Source: Amoebidium appalachense (taxonomy: Eukaryota > Protista > Ichthyosporea). Taken from it: a stretch of DNA of 64,000 nucleotides. Both the position numbers and the translations under genes were made by a program. The stretch spans positions 3,038,001-3,102,000 of the forward strand of contig CAVNZM010000012.1 of the NCBI GenBank assembly GCA_963693365.1, in the 5' to 3' direction. Positions 32,318 to 45,281 of the stretch are shown here, piece after piece. Under the pieces are notes generated by a model. That model saw only the letters and a list, made by a program, of their open reading frames with translations. It had not been told where the DNA came from and searched no databases. The first letter of the stretch is position 1. The number at the start of each line of letters is the position of its first letter.

Positions 32318-32832
32318 GGTGACTCGCCTTACAGTCTTAAGGTAGAACCGGGATAAGGAGCAGCGGCTAAGCCTTGAAGCTATCCACCACTACCTGAGCT
32401 ACGAAGTGACCTAAGGCTCGAGTTATATTCATTATCGAATGTTTGGTATGATCATTCATCCACACAACCAAATTACTCGCAATTGAAAACGAATCTGCGG
32501 GAGTATCCTAAAAAGGAAAAATTCCCAAAAAGGAAAATACTACTTCTACAGAAAAGCCAAGCACAGAGACGAAGGCTTAGCGAATTATTCGCACGCACAC
32601 TCTGCAACAATCTTCGCCACGAAAATGAAATCACAGAAGAATGCTGCATGAATTTACGTTTTGGCAAATGAAGAAGTGCTCATAGACGTGCACAACTCTA
32701 TTCCACCGTCCTTGCTCTGTTCTGTCCAGCAGCTCGGCACACACAAGAATTCTCGCTGAAGGTTGTTTATCGCCTCTCAGCCTGGTGGTTTGCTTGTCTA
32801 ACGACACCACCAGGCTCCCGACAAGGGGGGAG

Positions 32833-33312
32833 TGTAAACAACTGTACACATGAACTGTACATGTTTACTAAAGAATGTGATCTACTAGCACACGATTCGT
32901 GCTTTGTCATGAATATCACATAAATATTATGTCCGCACCAATAGGACTCACTCTGACCTAAGAATTGAACCATATATGGTTCTTCAGCTGCATACCACAT
33001 AAACGAAGTGAACCAATAAGAGGTTTGCATAAATAGGACAAAGGTCTGACTGGCTCGGACCGCACCAGAATCACGAATGGCATGTTGCCACCCGCGCTGG
33101 CCGCGGATGAACCAATCCTGGGCCTTGATCCGAAACCTGGGGGCTATATAAGAAAGCCGTCCCAGTACGGGGATCACATCAGTGAAGTCTGAGACAGACT
33201 GAGTCGGCCCATAGTAAAAGCAACCTGGCCGCGTGTGCCTTTCTACCCGTTCTCTGTCTTTATTTTGATTCAGTTGTACTCTGCCTTATCCTAACTAGTC
33301 CAACTGTTTACA
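32833..33312 (+). repeat. 3' LTR (480 bp)
   Basis: Preceded by the PPT and followed by TSD ATATG. Near-identical to the 5' LTR. Confidence 0.95.
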
Positions 33313-36300
33313 ATATGGTAATTGTGTGGGTGAATGTGGTAGTTGTGTGGGTGAATATGGTAATTGTGTGGGTGAATGTGGTAGTTGTGTGGGTGAATAT
33401 GGTAATTGTGTGGGTGAATGTGGTAGTTGTGTGGGTGAATATGGTAATTGTGTGGGTGAATGTGGTAGTTGTGTGGGTGAATATGGTAATTGTGTGGGTG
33501 AATGTGGTAGTTGTGTGGGTGAATATGGTAATTGTGTGGGTGAATGTGGTAGTTGTGTGGGTGAATATGGTAATTGTGTGGGTGAATGTGGTAGTTGTGT
33601 GGGTGAATATGGTAATTGTGTGGGTGAATGTGGTAGTTGTGTGGGTGAATATGGTAATTGTGTGGGTGAATGTGGTAGTTGTGTGGGTGAATATGGTAAT
33701 TGTGTGGGTGAATGTGGTAGTTGTGTGGGTGAATGTGGTAGTTGTGTGGGTGAATATGGTAATTGTGTGGGTGAATGTGGTAGTTGTGTGGGTGAATATG
33801 GTAATTGTGTGGGTGAATGTGGTAGTTGTGTGGGTGAATATGGTAATTGTGTGGGTGAATGTGGTAGTTGTGTGGGTGAATATGGTAATTGTGTGGGTGA
33901 ATGTGGTAGTTGTGTGGGTGAATATGGTAATTGTGTGGGTGAATGTGGTAGTTGTGTGGGTGAATATGGTAATTGTGTGGGTGAATGTGGTAGTTGTGTG
34001 GGTGAATATGGTAATTGTGTGGGTGAATGTGGTAGTTGTGTGGGTGAATATGGTAATTGTGTGGGTGAATGTGGTAGTTGTGTGGGTGAATATGGTAATT
34101 GTGTGGGTGAATGTGGTAGTTGTGTGGGTGAATATGGTAATTGTGTGGGTGAATGTGGTAGTTGTGTGGGTGAATATGGTAATTGTGTGGGTGAATGTGG
34201 TAGTTGTGTGGGTGAATATGGTAATTGTGTGGGTGAATGTGGTAGTTGTGTGGGTGAATATGGTAATTGTGTGGGTGAATGTGGTAGTTGTGTGGGTGAA
34301 TATGGTAATTGTGTGGGTGAATGTGGTAGTTGTGTGGGTGAATATGGTAATTGTGTGGGTGAATGTGGTAGTTGTGTGGGTGAATATGGTAATTGTGTGG
34401 GTGAATGTGGTAGTTGTGTGGGTGAATATGGTAATTGTGTGGGTGAATGTGGTAGTTGTGTGGGTGAATATGGTAATTGTGTGGGTGAATGTGGTAGTTG
34501 TGTGGGTAATATGGTAATTGTGTGGGTGAATGTGGTAGTTGTGTGGGTGAATATGGTAATTGTGTGGGTGAATGTGGTAGTTGTGTGGGTGAATATGGTA
34601 ATTGTGTGGGTGAATGTGGTAGTTGTGTGGGTGAATATGGTAATTGTGTGGGTGAATGTGGTAGTTGTGTGGGTGAATATGGTAATTGTGTGGGTGAATG
34701 TGGTAGTTGTGTGGGTGAATATGGTAATTGTGTGGGTGAATGTGGTAGTTGTGTGGGTGAATATGGTAATTGTGTGGGTGAATGTGGTAGTTGTGTGGGT
34801 GAATATGGTAATTGTGTGGGTGAATGTGGTAGTTGTGTGGGTGAATATGGTAATTGTGTGGGTGAATGTGGTAGTTGTGTGGGTGAATATGGTAATTGTG
34901 TGGGTGAATGTGGTAGTTGTGTGGGTGAATATGGTAATTGTGTGGGTGAATGTGGTAGTTGTGTGGGTGAATATGGTAATTGTGTGGGTGAATGTGGTAG
35001 TTGTGTGGGTGAATATGGTAATTGTGTGGGTGAATGTGGTAGTTGTGTGGGTGAATATGGTAATTGTGTGGGTGAATGTGGTAGTTGTGTGGGTGAATAT
35101 GGTAATTGTGTGGGTGAATGTGGTAGTTGTGTGGGTGAATATGGTAATTGTGTGGGTGAATGTGGTAGTTGTGTGGGTGAATATGGTAATTGTGTGGGTG
35201 AATGTGGTAGTTGTGTGGGTGAATATGGTAATTGTGTGGGTGAATGTGGTAGTTGTGTGGGTGAATATGGTAATTGTGTGGGTGAATGTGGTAGTTGTGT
35301 GGGTGAATATGGTAATTGTGTGGGTGAATGTGGTAGTTGTGTGGGTGAATATGGTAATTGTGTGGGTGAATGTGGTAGTTGTGTGGGTGAATATGGTAAT
35401 TGTGTGGGTGAATGTGGTAGTTGTGTGGGTGAATATGGTAATTGTGTGGGTGAATGTGGTAGTTGTGTGGGTGAATATGGTAATTGTGTGGGTGAATGTG
35501 GTAGTTGTGTGGGTGAATATGGTAATTGTGTGGGTGAATGTGGTAGTTGTGTGGGTGAATATGGTAATTGTGTGGGTGAATGTGGTAGTTGTGTGGGTGA
35601 ATATGGTAATTGTGTGGGTGAATGTGGTAGTTGTGTGGGTGAATATGGTAATTGTGTGGGTGAATGTGGTAGTTGTGTGGGTGAATATGGTAATTGTGTG
35701 GGTGAATGTGGTAGTTGTGTGGGTGAATATGGTAATTGTGTGGGTGAATGTGGTAGTTGTGTGGGTGAATATGGTAATTGTGTGGGTGAATGTGGTAGTT
35801 GTGTGGGTGAATATGGTAATTGTGTGGGTGAATGTGGTAGTTGTGTGGGTGAATATGGTAATTGTGTGGGTGAATGTGGTAGTTGTGTGGGTGAATATGG
35901 TAATTGTGTGGGTGAATGTGGTAGTTGTGTGGGTGAATATGGTAATTGTGTGGGTGAATGTGGTAGTTGTGTGGGTGAATATGGTAATTGTGTGGGTGAA
36001 TGTGGTAGTTGTGTGGGTGAATATGGTAATTGTGTGGGTGAATGTGGTAGTTGTGTGGGTGAATATGGTAATTGTGTGGGTGAATGTGGTAGTTGTGTGG
36101 GTGAATATGGTAATTGTGTGGGTGAATGTGGTAGTTGTGTGGGTGAATATGGTAATTGTGTGGGTGAATGTGGTAGTTGTGTGGGTGAATATGGTAATTG
36201 TGTGGGTGAATGTGGTAGTTGTGTGGGTGAATATGGTAATTGTGTGGGTGAATGTGGTAGTTGTGTGGGTGAATATGGTAATTGTGTGGGTGAATGTGGT

Positions 36301-36486
36301 AGTTGTGTGGGTGAATATGGTAATTGTGTGGGTGAATGTGGTAGTTGTGTGGGTGAATATGGTAATTGTGTGGGTGAATGTGGTAGTTGTGTGGGTGAAT
36401 ATGGTAATTGTGTGGGTGAATGTGGTAGTTGTGTGGGTGAATATGGTAATTGTGTGGGTGAATGTGGTAGTTGTGTGGGTGAATAT
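33313..36486. repeat. 21-bp satellite with 42-bp dimeric higher-order unit, right arm
   Basis: Same dimer for about 3.2 kb, resuming in register after the TSD. Rare irregularities are a doubled monomer near 33721 and a 1-bp deletion near 34507. Confidence 0.98.
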
Positions 36487-36635
36487 GTGGGTAGGAGGTT
36501 GTGTGGGTGGATGGGTGTGTAGGTAGGTGATTGTGTATGTGGGTGTCACATTGTGTGTGTGTGTGTGTGTGTGTGTGGGTGATTGTGTAGGTGGGTGTGT
36601 CATTGTGTGGGTGTGAGGGAAGGTGGGTGGGTGGA

Positions 36636-36671
<36 letters not shown>

Positions 36672-37521
36672 GGTGGGTAGTTGTGTAGGTTTTTGGGTGC
36701 GTGGGTGGGTGGGCGTGTGAGTGGGTGGTTGGGTGGGTTGGTGTTCGGGAGGGTATGTGCATGGGTGGGTGGGTCTGAGAATGGGTCGTTGTTTGAGTGA
36801 GTGAGTGAGTGTGTGTGTGTGTGTGTGTTTGGGTGGGTTGTGTCGGTGTGTGGGTGTGTGGGTGTGTGTGGTGTGTGTGTGTGAGTAGTTGTGTAGGTAG
36901 TTGGGTGTGTAGATGGGTAGGTGGTTGTGTGGGTGTGTGTGGGTGGGTGGGTGTGGAGATGGGTGTGCGTGTGGGCGGGTGAACGTGTGCATGAGTGAGT
37001 GTGTGGGTGGGTGGTTTTGTCGATGGTTGTGTGGTTGGGTGCGCAGGTAGGTGAATGTGTGAGAGGATGGTTATGTGGGTTGGTGGTTGTGCGGGTGTTG
37101 TTGGCTGTGTGGATAGTCCTGTAGTTGTATGGCGGTGGGTGGTTGTGTGTGTGGGTCTATGGTGGAATAGGTGGTTGCGTGGGTATGTGGGTGGTGGCCG
37201 TGTGGGTGGGAGAAGGGGCAGGCCAGAAGCTGGGGCAGAAGGAAGGAGAAGGGGGAAAGAAGGGCAGGAGAGAGTGCAAAAAAAAGGGAGAGAGATCCGA
37301 TAGAAAAAAAGAGCGACAGAGAGAGGGCAAGAGACAGACAGAGGGAGGGACAGAGAGAGAGAAGCAAGGAGTGGAGAGAGAGGGAGGCAGGGAGAAAGGG
37401 AGGCGGGCGAGGGAGAGGGAGAGGGAGAGAGAGAGGGATAGAGAGAGTGGAGAGAGAAAGAAAAAGAGAGAGAGATAGGAAAGAAACAGAGAGACCACGA
37501 GAGAAAACGGCAAGGGGGGAG

Positions 37522-37558
<37 letters not shown>

Positions 37559-39320
37559 GGGGGTGGGGAAGGGAGAGGGATAAATAGAGAGATAGTGAGA
37601 GGGAAACAGGTGGAAAGAAGAAAGGGGAAAGAACTATTGCGGGGGAGTGGGGAAGGCAAGGGGGATTATGTGCGGCTTTCTGCACGTGTTTATATGGAGA
37701 AGAAGAAGAAAGAGGGAAGACACAGGCAGTCAAAGTGGGCAACAATGGGGGAGGTGAGAAAGGGGGGGAGGGTTTTTTTTTTTTTTTTTTTTTTGGGGGG
37801 GGGGGGGGGGGGTAGGATTGGGGGAAGGAAGAAGGGGAGGGGGCATGACCGGTGTGTTTGCTTGTAGGGCGGGGGGACCTTGAGCAAAAGAGGAAGCGGG
37901 CTGAGACGAATCCGCTATAGAGAAAGAGCCCCAAAACAGGAAAAAGAAGGAGGATAAACCAACGAATATTTGGACAACCATAAAGAAGGGGACAATGCAT
38001 AACACCAGCACTGACGAGGAAGGGAGGGAAGGGGGATTTCCGAAAAGGTAAAGGACAAGCAGGACATGAAGGTGAGTGGGGGAGGAATCCCAGCGAAAGT
38101 AAACAAAAAACGGGGAGTGTGCAGGAACAGGAAGTAGGATGAACACGGAACAACCAATGGGCAGGGAACTGAGGGGTTGGAGCAAGTGGCAGGATTACCC
38201 CACGAAAAACAGGGAAGAGGAATAAGCAGCGAGGCAGGGGAATAGATCAGCGTGGGAATAAAACGAATGGGGAGGGACGGAAAAACAGTGTTGCAGAAAG
38301 GGTGAAAAAAGTATAGGAAAGAAGGGGAAATAGGGGCAGAGCAAGAAGAGGAAAACTAAGAGGGAAAGAGAGCGTGAGGGATAGTCAGAGAGAATACCCG
38401 TATGTGAGCAGATAAACCGAAAATGGAGCAAGAAAAAGTGGGCGGGGAGGAGGGAGAGGGGGAAGACACGAAGGAAAGGGGGGGGGGGGGGGGGGGGGGG
38501 GAGAAAGAGAGAGGGAGCGGGTGTTTTAGTGTGTGGTTCGAGGGAAGGACGCTGGGGGACGGGAGCAGTAGTGAGTGGTCGAGAAGTGTGCGGGAAGCAG
38601 AAGAGAGGGAGGGAAGGAGAAACAGAAAGAAGGAAATAAAGGGAGAGGCTTCACAGGAAGGGGAGAAGGAAAGAACAGGAGAAGGAGGCGGAGGAAAGAA
38701 AGGAGTATGGGGACAGACACCAAAAGAGAAGAGATGTCGGTCAACGAGGAAGTGTAAGGCTGTATGTCTCTGTGTGTATGCATGCATGCCAGGGTACAGA
38801 GTGAGAGCAAGTGTGTAGGGGTCTGTGTGTGGGCCTGCGTACAAGCATGTGTGCGTACACGCACGTGTGCGTGTTTCAAAGTGTCTGCAAGTAACAGTGC
38901 ACACGGCTCTGTGTTCAGGTGTGTATACGTGACACATTTGTTTACACGTTTGTGTGCTGCGTCTGTGCGTTTGAGCATGAGAATGTGTGTGTTTGTGTGT
39001 GCTCATGTATGCAAGCAAGTACAAAAGCTTGGGTGTGAGTGTGCGTGTGTGTGCGTGTGTGTGCGTGTATGCCTGTGCACGGTGTGTGTGTGTGTGGTGT
39101 GTGTGTGTGTGTGTGTGTGAACGAGTACGGTATGTGTGTGTGTTGTGTGCGTGTGCTTCCGTGTGTCCGTGTTTGTGAGCGCTTGTACTTGTGGGTTGCT
39201 TGTGTGCGTGTGTGTGGTTGCACGTGTGCCTGTGTGTGTTGTTATGTGTGCGTGCGTGTATGATTTGGCAGTGGATGCGTGCTTAAAAGTGGATGCGCAC
39301 AGCATATAGTGCCCAAGCGA

Positions 39321-39411
<91 letters not shown>

Positions 39412-40754
39412 CATATGCGTGTGTGTGTGTGCATGTGTGCGCATGAATGAATGTGAGTGCGCGTGTGTGAGTTTGCTTGCGTTTCTGCGTGCGTTGCTGT
39501 GTGCACACGCACACGTCGGTGTTTGGTGTGGGTGTGGGTGGGTGCGTGGGCGTGTGTGGGTGGGTGTGTGCGCATGTGTTCATATATGTGTGTGAGTGGG
39601 TGCGTTTGCGCTCGTGCGTACGTGCGCGCGTGCGTGAATATGCGTAAAACCAAGCGTTTTTAACTATGGGAAACCTTCCTCGCCTAACCACTAGAGTCGC
39701 AGACACTTGGTTCTCATCGACGACATAACAGATGAGAAGGCTAGCCGACGTGCAAGAAAACAACAAGCAGACAAGCCTGTAGTGTACACAGTGGACACCC
39801 ACCGTTGTCAAGTTGCTGTAAAATGCCGGCGGGGCTGGCTGGTAGTGTTTCACGGGTGCAACCTTGCCACACCCTCGTGTTTTACTCGACCCTGACTATT
39901 TTTCTAAAACAGCTAGGTTGAGAACAGCGGAGCATCTGAAAGTTGCCGATCCGTGAAAAAAAAGCGAATAGATCTAGCCGGTTACTACAGTGAATGATAT
40001 TAACCGCCAATTATTGGTTATTTAATGTGAAAGCCAGTAACACATTGCTGATTGGCCAATCTTTTATCATGTCTTTGCCGACCCAAAAAAGGCTATGCGA
40101 AGCTTTCAGCAACCCAATGTTCCGGATTTCAAATCAGGATCGGTGTTTTCCCATAATAGGCTAGATCCGTCTTCGATCGACCGATTTCCGCTGGAAAAAA
40201 GGATCGAAGGAATTCTGCAGCAAACGGCGCCCCCACCATATTGCACCCTTCTGAGAAAGCATGCTATCAGATCGATGGACTGAGGATGATCGTCGTAACG
40301 ACGAGGACAGCGGCTTTCAGAATGTTGAGTCCCTTCCGGTGTTAGGACCGCAAAAACACCAACTACTAGTAGCCTATATGGCGGATACGGTTAGAGAGTC
40401 TCGTTCATACATAGATTCGTTTATTCGTAATGTGGTGTGGTGTAAAAACGCAAAGATGATTATGGCTTGGCGGTGTAATCGGTTTCTGGTAACTCCTGCT
40501 CGTATGTGTAATATGTGTGGGGGGCGGTTTACTCGCGGCTGCATATCTATCAATAAATGCAACCTGTTAGCTAATGTATCAGAACCGGAGGTTATTGGCG
40601 GTTTTATTCTCTTTTCTTCCTCTCTTCCTCAATATATCCGTTTTAAGATGACTATCCTAGATCACCTTATTAATGCTGCACAGAATGATATTGTGATCCG
40701 GTGCCTTAACTTTCTTTCGGAGCTACCGATGCTAGCATCTGCTTACCCATGTAA

Positions 40755-41541
40755 GGGCCTGTTTGGCAACGCGGGTTAGTGTAATCTGGATTTCGGGGGA
40801 TATCTGGATATCAAAATCGAGATCCAGATTATGCTGCAGAATCCGGATCTCAGCCGAAACCTGGGTTAAGCCGGGTAGATAACCCATGGATGCCAAACAG
40901 CCCACGTACGATTTCGGGTTAGATTTGCTCTGCAGCTGTCACACTGTTCATCACCGGTCGGTGACTTGCAATTGCAGACCCGCTACACATATACACCATA
41001 GTGATAAGCAGTAATAAACCACGAAAGTGCTGAGTTGTATACGGTTTTATTATACGGCCGCAGAGGGTAGGAAAAGAATGAGAAGTGAGGTGCGTGTCTG
41101 TTTTTATAACGTTCCCCACGTGCAAGTCCGTGCGTTGGTGCAGGTGTCGCAGTTCAAGGCACAGCTGTCGCAGCCCACTCAGTATCCACATGCTGCCAGC
41201 AACGGAAGTTTGGTTTGGCGCCCTTTCAACAATCCTTTTTTGGCCACTTCAAACTATCGACGATTGGTGCAAAAGGACACCGTATATAGTTCCATAAAAT
41301 GAACATTCATTGGGTCGGACATTCAGGACCTGAAAGGATTTCGCGCTAATCCACCTCCCGAGGTGGATTAGTGGAATCCAGATTACGGCCATGTCCGAGG
41401 GGTTTGAAACCCAGATTTACGTGACCGGATCTGGCCGTCTGTTTGGCAGCGGCTGGATTTTGAGATTTGGATTTAGCGCTAAACCCAAAATCGCCCGTAA
41501 TCCGGATTTAGGACCCTAAACCCGGGTTGCCAAACAGGCCC
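40755..41541. mobile_element. PIF/Harbinger (Tourist)-like MITE
   Basis: Perfect 19-bp inverted repeat TAAGGGCCTGTTTGGCAAC (40752-40770) / GTTGCCAAACAGGCCCTTA (41526-41544). GGGCCTGTTTGG-type TIR with TWA flanks and many subterminal ATCC(A/G)GAT motifs. No transposase. The exact TSD is ambiguous. Confidence 0.75.
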
Positions 41542-42181
41542 TTAGTAATAGGGGTGTCAGATACTACGATGGCGCTCATTGTTGCCTAGCATGTACATAT
41601 GTCACTGGCTGCATTTGATTGACTGTGCTGGAAAACGCAGTAGGCCGTCGAATGTGGCTGGGCCTCCGGCAGTGTCCACGCAATAAAAAGTGTGTAAACC
41701 CCCAGAATCTGATGACCGAGGATGATAGTCGTAACGACGAGAACAGCGGCTTTCAGTCAGAAGCAATAACCAATCATAATGCATGAATTATTACCATAGA
41801 TGTTTCAACACACGAACACGAAATCCGGGCCGTAGGCGGTCACGGCACCGCCAGATCTGCCTCGCCAAGCGCCACACAAAGTATTCCTTCACCTTCCCCG
41901 AAGATTTCACTAAAACCCGGGCTATATCAAACATGTGCAATAAATACCGAGTCTTTCAACCGTTGCCTTCTATAGCATATATACTCGCAAAGCCGCTTCC
42001 CCCCAAAACACACACCAGATCTAGAGAAACTCCACGTGCACATGTGTACCAAATGTACATCCATGCATATGCATCATCACGTGTTCATGATCGTGCCCAT
42101 GTGTACATGCACATGAACAAAAAATCACACCTCATACTCACAGCCACACGTGCACGCACATGTACACGCACGTCACACACA

Positions 42182-42275
<94 letters not shown>

Positions 42276-44023
42276 CTGACTGCATGTACACATGTGTACA
42301 CATATAGTTGAAACACCCGACCGTGTACACACACACGTGCACTCCTCCCGGCGTGGCTGGGGCAGCTAGGCTAACCCTGAGCAAAGTGTGTACTTATTAT
42401 AGTTAGATTGTGAAGGATGGTTTGGCTTAGCTGAACTCATAGATAGCACCTGAACTAGTGTGCTGTCGGTGCTGTGTGGTAGACGGTAGTTTCCCTAGAG
42501 GGTCTGCAAAGGGGAACAAAACGTGATAAAATAAAAACTTTATGATAAAAACGCAGATACGCACACGTGTATCACACACATATTATATGCAGACAGAGTG
42601 ATTCTAGTATCTCACAACACACACACAGTCTGACAGTTACCGTGAAGATATGACCATGAAAGTGTCACATGATATCATGGACACCAACAGCCACTAAAAG
42701 CCATCAGATTCCACACGTGCACGAAGCACATGCACACTGTGCACCATGATGATCCCGCCCATCCCCCCCCCCCCCCCCCTCCCCCTCTCTCCCCCTCCCC
42801 CCCTTCCCCTCCCACCCGGGCCAGTCATGCCCAAATTCCCACCAGCATCAGACATGAACGCATGTCAAACAAAGCCATGCTCGGTTCAACATGACACCGC
42901 ATACCTACTTAGAACCAATATTCACTTTTACTTCGATCTCTTAGCTGTCACGTCAACTTTTTTTCCCGATTCTTCACCATGGCAGGTATATAAAGGCTTT
43001 CGTTTTTCTTTTTGTGGTGGGAAGGGGTCCCACTCAGGGGAACGTGGCACTGTGTGTGTGTAGTGCAGCCTTGTCTATTCCTACTGCTGTGAGAGTGTGG
43101 GGACATCTCCCTTCCGCGGAGTTTCTCGCTTGAGGAGTGGTTTCTTCGACATCTGGTGGCCCACTGCAACTTACGGTTGTAAACGTGGCCAAGTATGTCT
43201 TTACCACCAATCACATTCCAACTCAACTCTTTTAGTTTCAAGTTAAGCATTTTAAAGCATTGGAACTGAAGTTCAGATGTTAAGAGCAAAGTGGCCCTGA
43301 CCGAATTGCCACCAAAATGAGTACAAGGGCAGACTTTGTATTTGGCCTGCCCCGGCAAGTAAAATTGAACAGTGCGAGTAGCCCGTGGGGTTCTGTATCA
43401 AGGTGTACGCGCACCCTTTTATACAAACCAGTCCATCATATCATGCGCTCCGTATCGGACCGCGTCTAATTCTTAACCCTGGAGGCTCAATTTTCAAGCC
43501 ATATGGTGACCCTACACTCGCAGTTACCCGCAAAAGAGACTCGAAAAAAAAGTCATGCCCTGAAAACAAGCAAAGAATTGTACGTCAATTTTTTTTAAAA
43601 CTCTGCATCCAGCTAAACAGAAAACGACTTATTTGGTGCTTTCCCTTGTGATCCGAATACACATTGCAGCCCTGTTCGACTTGAGATTCCCTTTGATCGG
43701 ATCGCGAGCCCATTTTTCTAATCGATGCTCATGATCAGTGCCTGGACAACGTTATTACAGCGCGGTCGAATACCACACGCGCGCGCCAGCTCTTTTTGGC
43801 CAATATCGCCAATATTACCCGTAGTATTTGGAAGCGGAGCCCCCCGGGCACCGTGTCTACGTAACGCGTTGCCAGTAGGGCCCGAACATGGTGCCGACAC
43901 TGCTGGCGGCTCCATTTGTCTACATTATAATTATGCATATATTAGTTTTCTATCTCCTGTAATTGTAAATTCATAAATGTAATTTTTTTTTTAGAATATT
44001 GCCAATGATGTAATCGTGTGTAC

Positions 44024-44423
44024 CAGGGGGGGGATTACGAAAAAAAATCGTCGTGATTACGATTAACGAAAGACCCCGATACGAATAAGGTTAGGGTGCC
44101 GTCGTAACAGCTTTCGTATCAGATCTATAGCATTATAGGGCCCCTAATATCTAAATGTACCTAATTTTTTCAAAATTTCTGTTCAAGAACATAGTAGTAC
44201 AGCGGTTCTCATGAGCAATATCGAACCCCGACAATTGTCCAGGGCTTGTAAATTTGCGATACTTAATTTGTAAAAACGCGTATTTTGAGTTTTGTGACTG
44301 GAGGGGCGTTTTTAGCTGGGCTTGCAGATCCCCAAGAACCCCCCCGTTACGATTTAGGAAACTGTCCGTTACGATTGGCCAAAGGACAATACGGTTAAGC
44401 TGGCCAACCCCAGCCCAACCCTG
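44024..44423. mobile_element. hAT-like MITE (400 bp)
   Basis: CAGGG...CCCTG termini (9/12 match), flanked by GTGTGTAC / GTGTGTAA (7/8, hAT-type 8-bp TSD). Repeated subterminal TTACGA motifs near both ends. Confidence 0.5.
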
Positions 44424-45243
44424 GTGTGTAAGCGGGGCCCCCCCGCGGCCCCGCGTTACCCAATTGAATCTAGTAACTCATAATTTATTACATACCATAG
44501 ATGTTCCAATACCGTGACGATAATGAAATTGTTCGTTTTCCACATCTTACATGTTCCACACGGTCTCGCTTTCTCGCAACATGCTCGGTCATCGTACCGA
44601 TTGACACACAAAGCAAGTATTTCTTTACCTTCCGCTAAAGCCTCGGGCTACCAAGCACGTGCAATAAATTTGGATTCTTTCAAAACGTGCCTTTTTTACC
44701 CCCTTAAGCCGACCGCCCCTCCCATAACACGTACGTGACGTCAAGCATGCAGCACACCCAGTGGCACCCACACATACGGTGCACGGGCACAGCTGTGTTC
44801 GTACACGCACATGCACATGTAAAGAGAAACGCACACACACAATCACACTCAGTCACGTGCACACAGACGCACACGCGTGGTGCACACATGTAGTATACTT
44901 ATACACACTCATATTAAATGTCACACGTGCACACACACACGTCAGTAACACACTCACGTGTACAACATTAGATAAAAATGTACACTCACACGCACAACAA
45001 CTCACACACACACACTGCTCACCGTGGCACACACACACACAGTGCCATGTTGTAGTCATTCAGAAATCTATATACATGTCCAAAATTAGACGACAGAGTG
45101 AGCCTATTATCTAACGGCGCACACGCCGTACGCGTAACTTCAATCGGATATGAGAATATGGCATCAATATGCATGCACATGCACACGTACCGCCGCTGGC
45201 AGCCATCCACATGCACACGTGCACGAAACACACATGCACACTT

Positions 45244-45281
<38 letters not shown>

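Larger units (their letters stand above)
29762..33312 (+). mobile_element. Non-autonomous Gypsy-derived LTR retrotransposon, recently inserted
   Basis: LTRs at 29762-30241 and 32833-33312 are 480 bp each, with TGTAAACA...TGTTTACA ends. I saw one mismatch (T29943 vs C33014). TSD ATATG is at 29757-29761 and 33313-33317, PBS TGGCGACCGCG at 30243, and PPT AAGGGGGGAG at 32823-32832. The 2.6-kb interior has no long ORF but carries frameshifted RT remnants. Confidence 0.95.

Noticed and set aside
27791-37659. Very long ORFs (554-1454 aa) such as (HIHPHNY)n, (MVIVWVN)n and (CVGEYGN)n
   Set aside because: They are translations of a 21-bp satellite that is open in most frames on both strands, broken by an indel and an LTR insertion. 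There is no evidence of coding function.
39800-39935. Possible first exon of a long minus-strand gene
   Set aside because: It has a donor-like GTGGGT and nearby CCAAT boxes, but the ATG frame contains an in-frame TAA and I could not link it to downstream exons.
40261-40779. 172-aa plus-strand ORF
   Set aside because: No recognisable domain, and it runs into the MITE TIR. Probably a chance ORF or decayed repeat.
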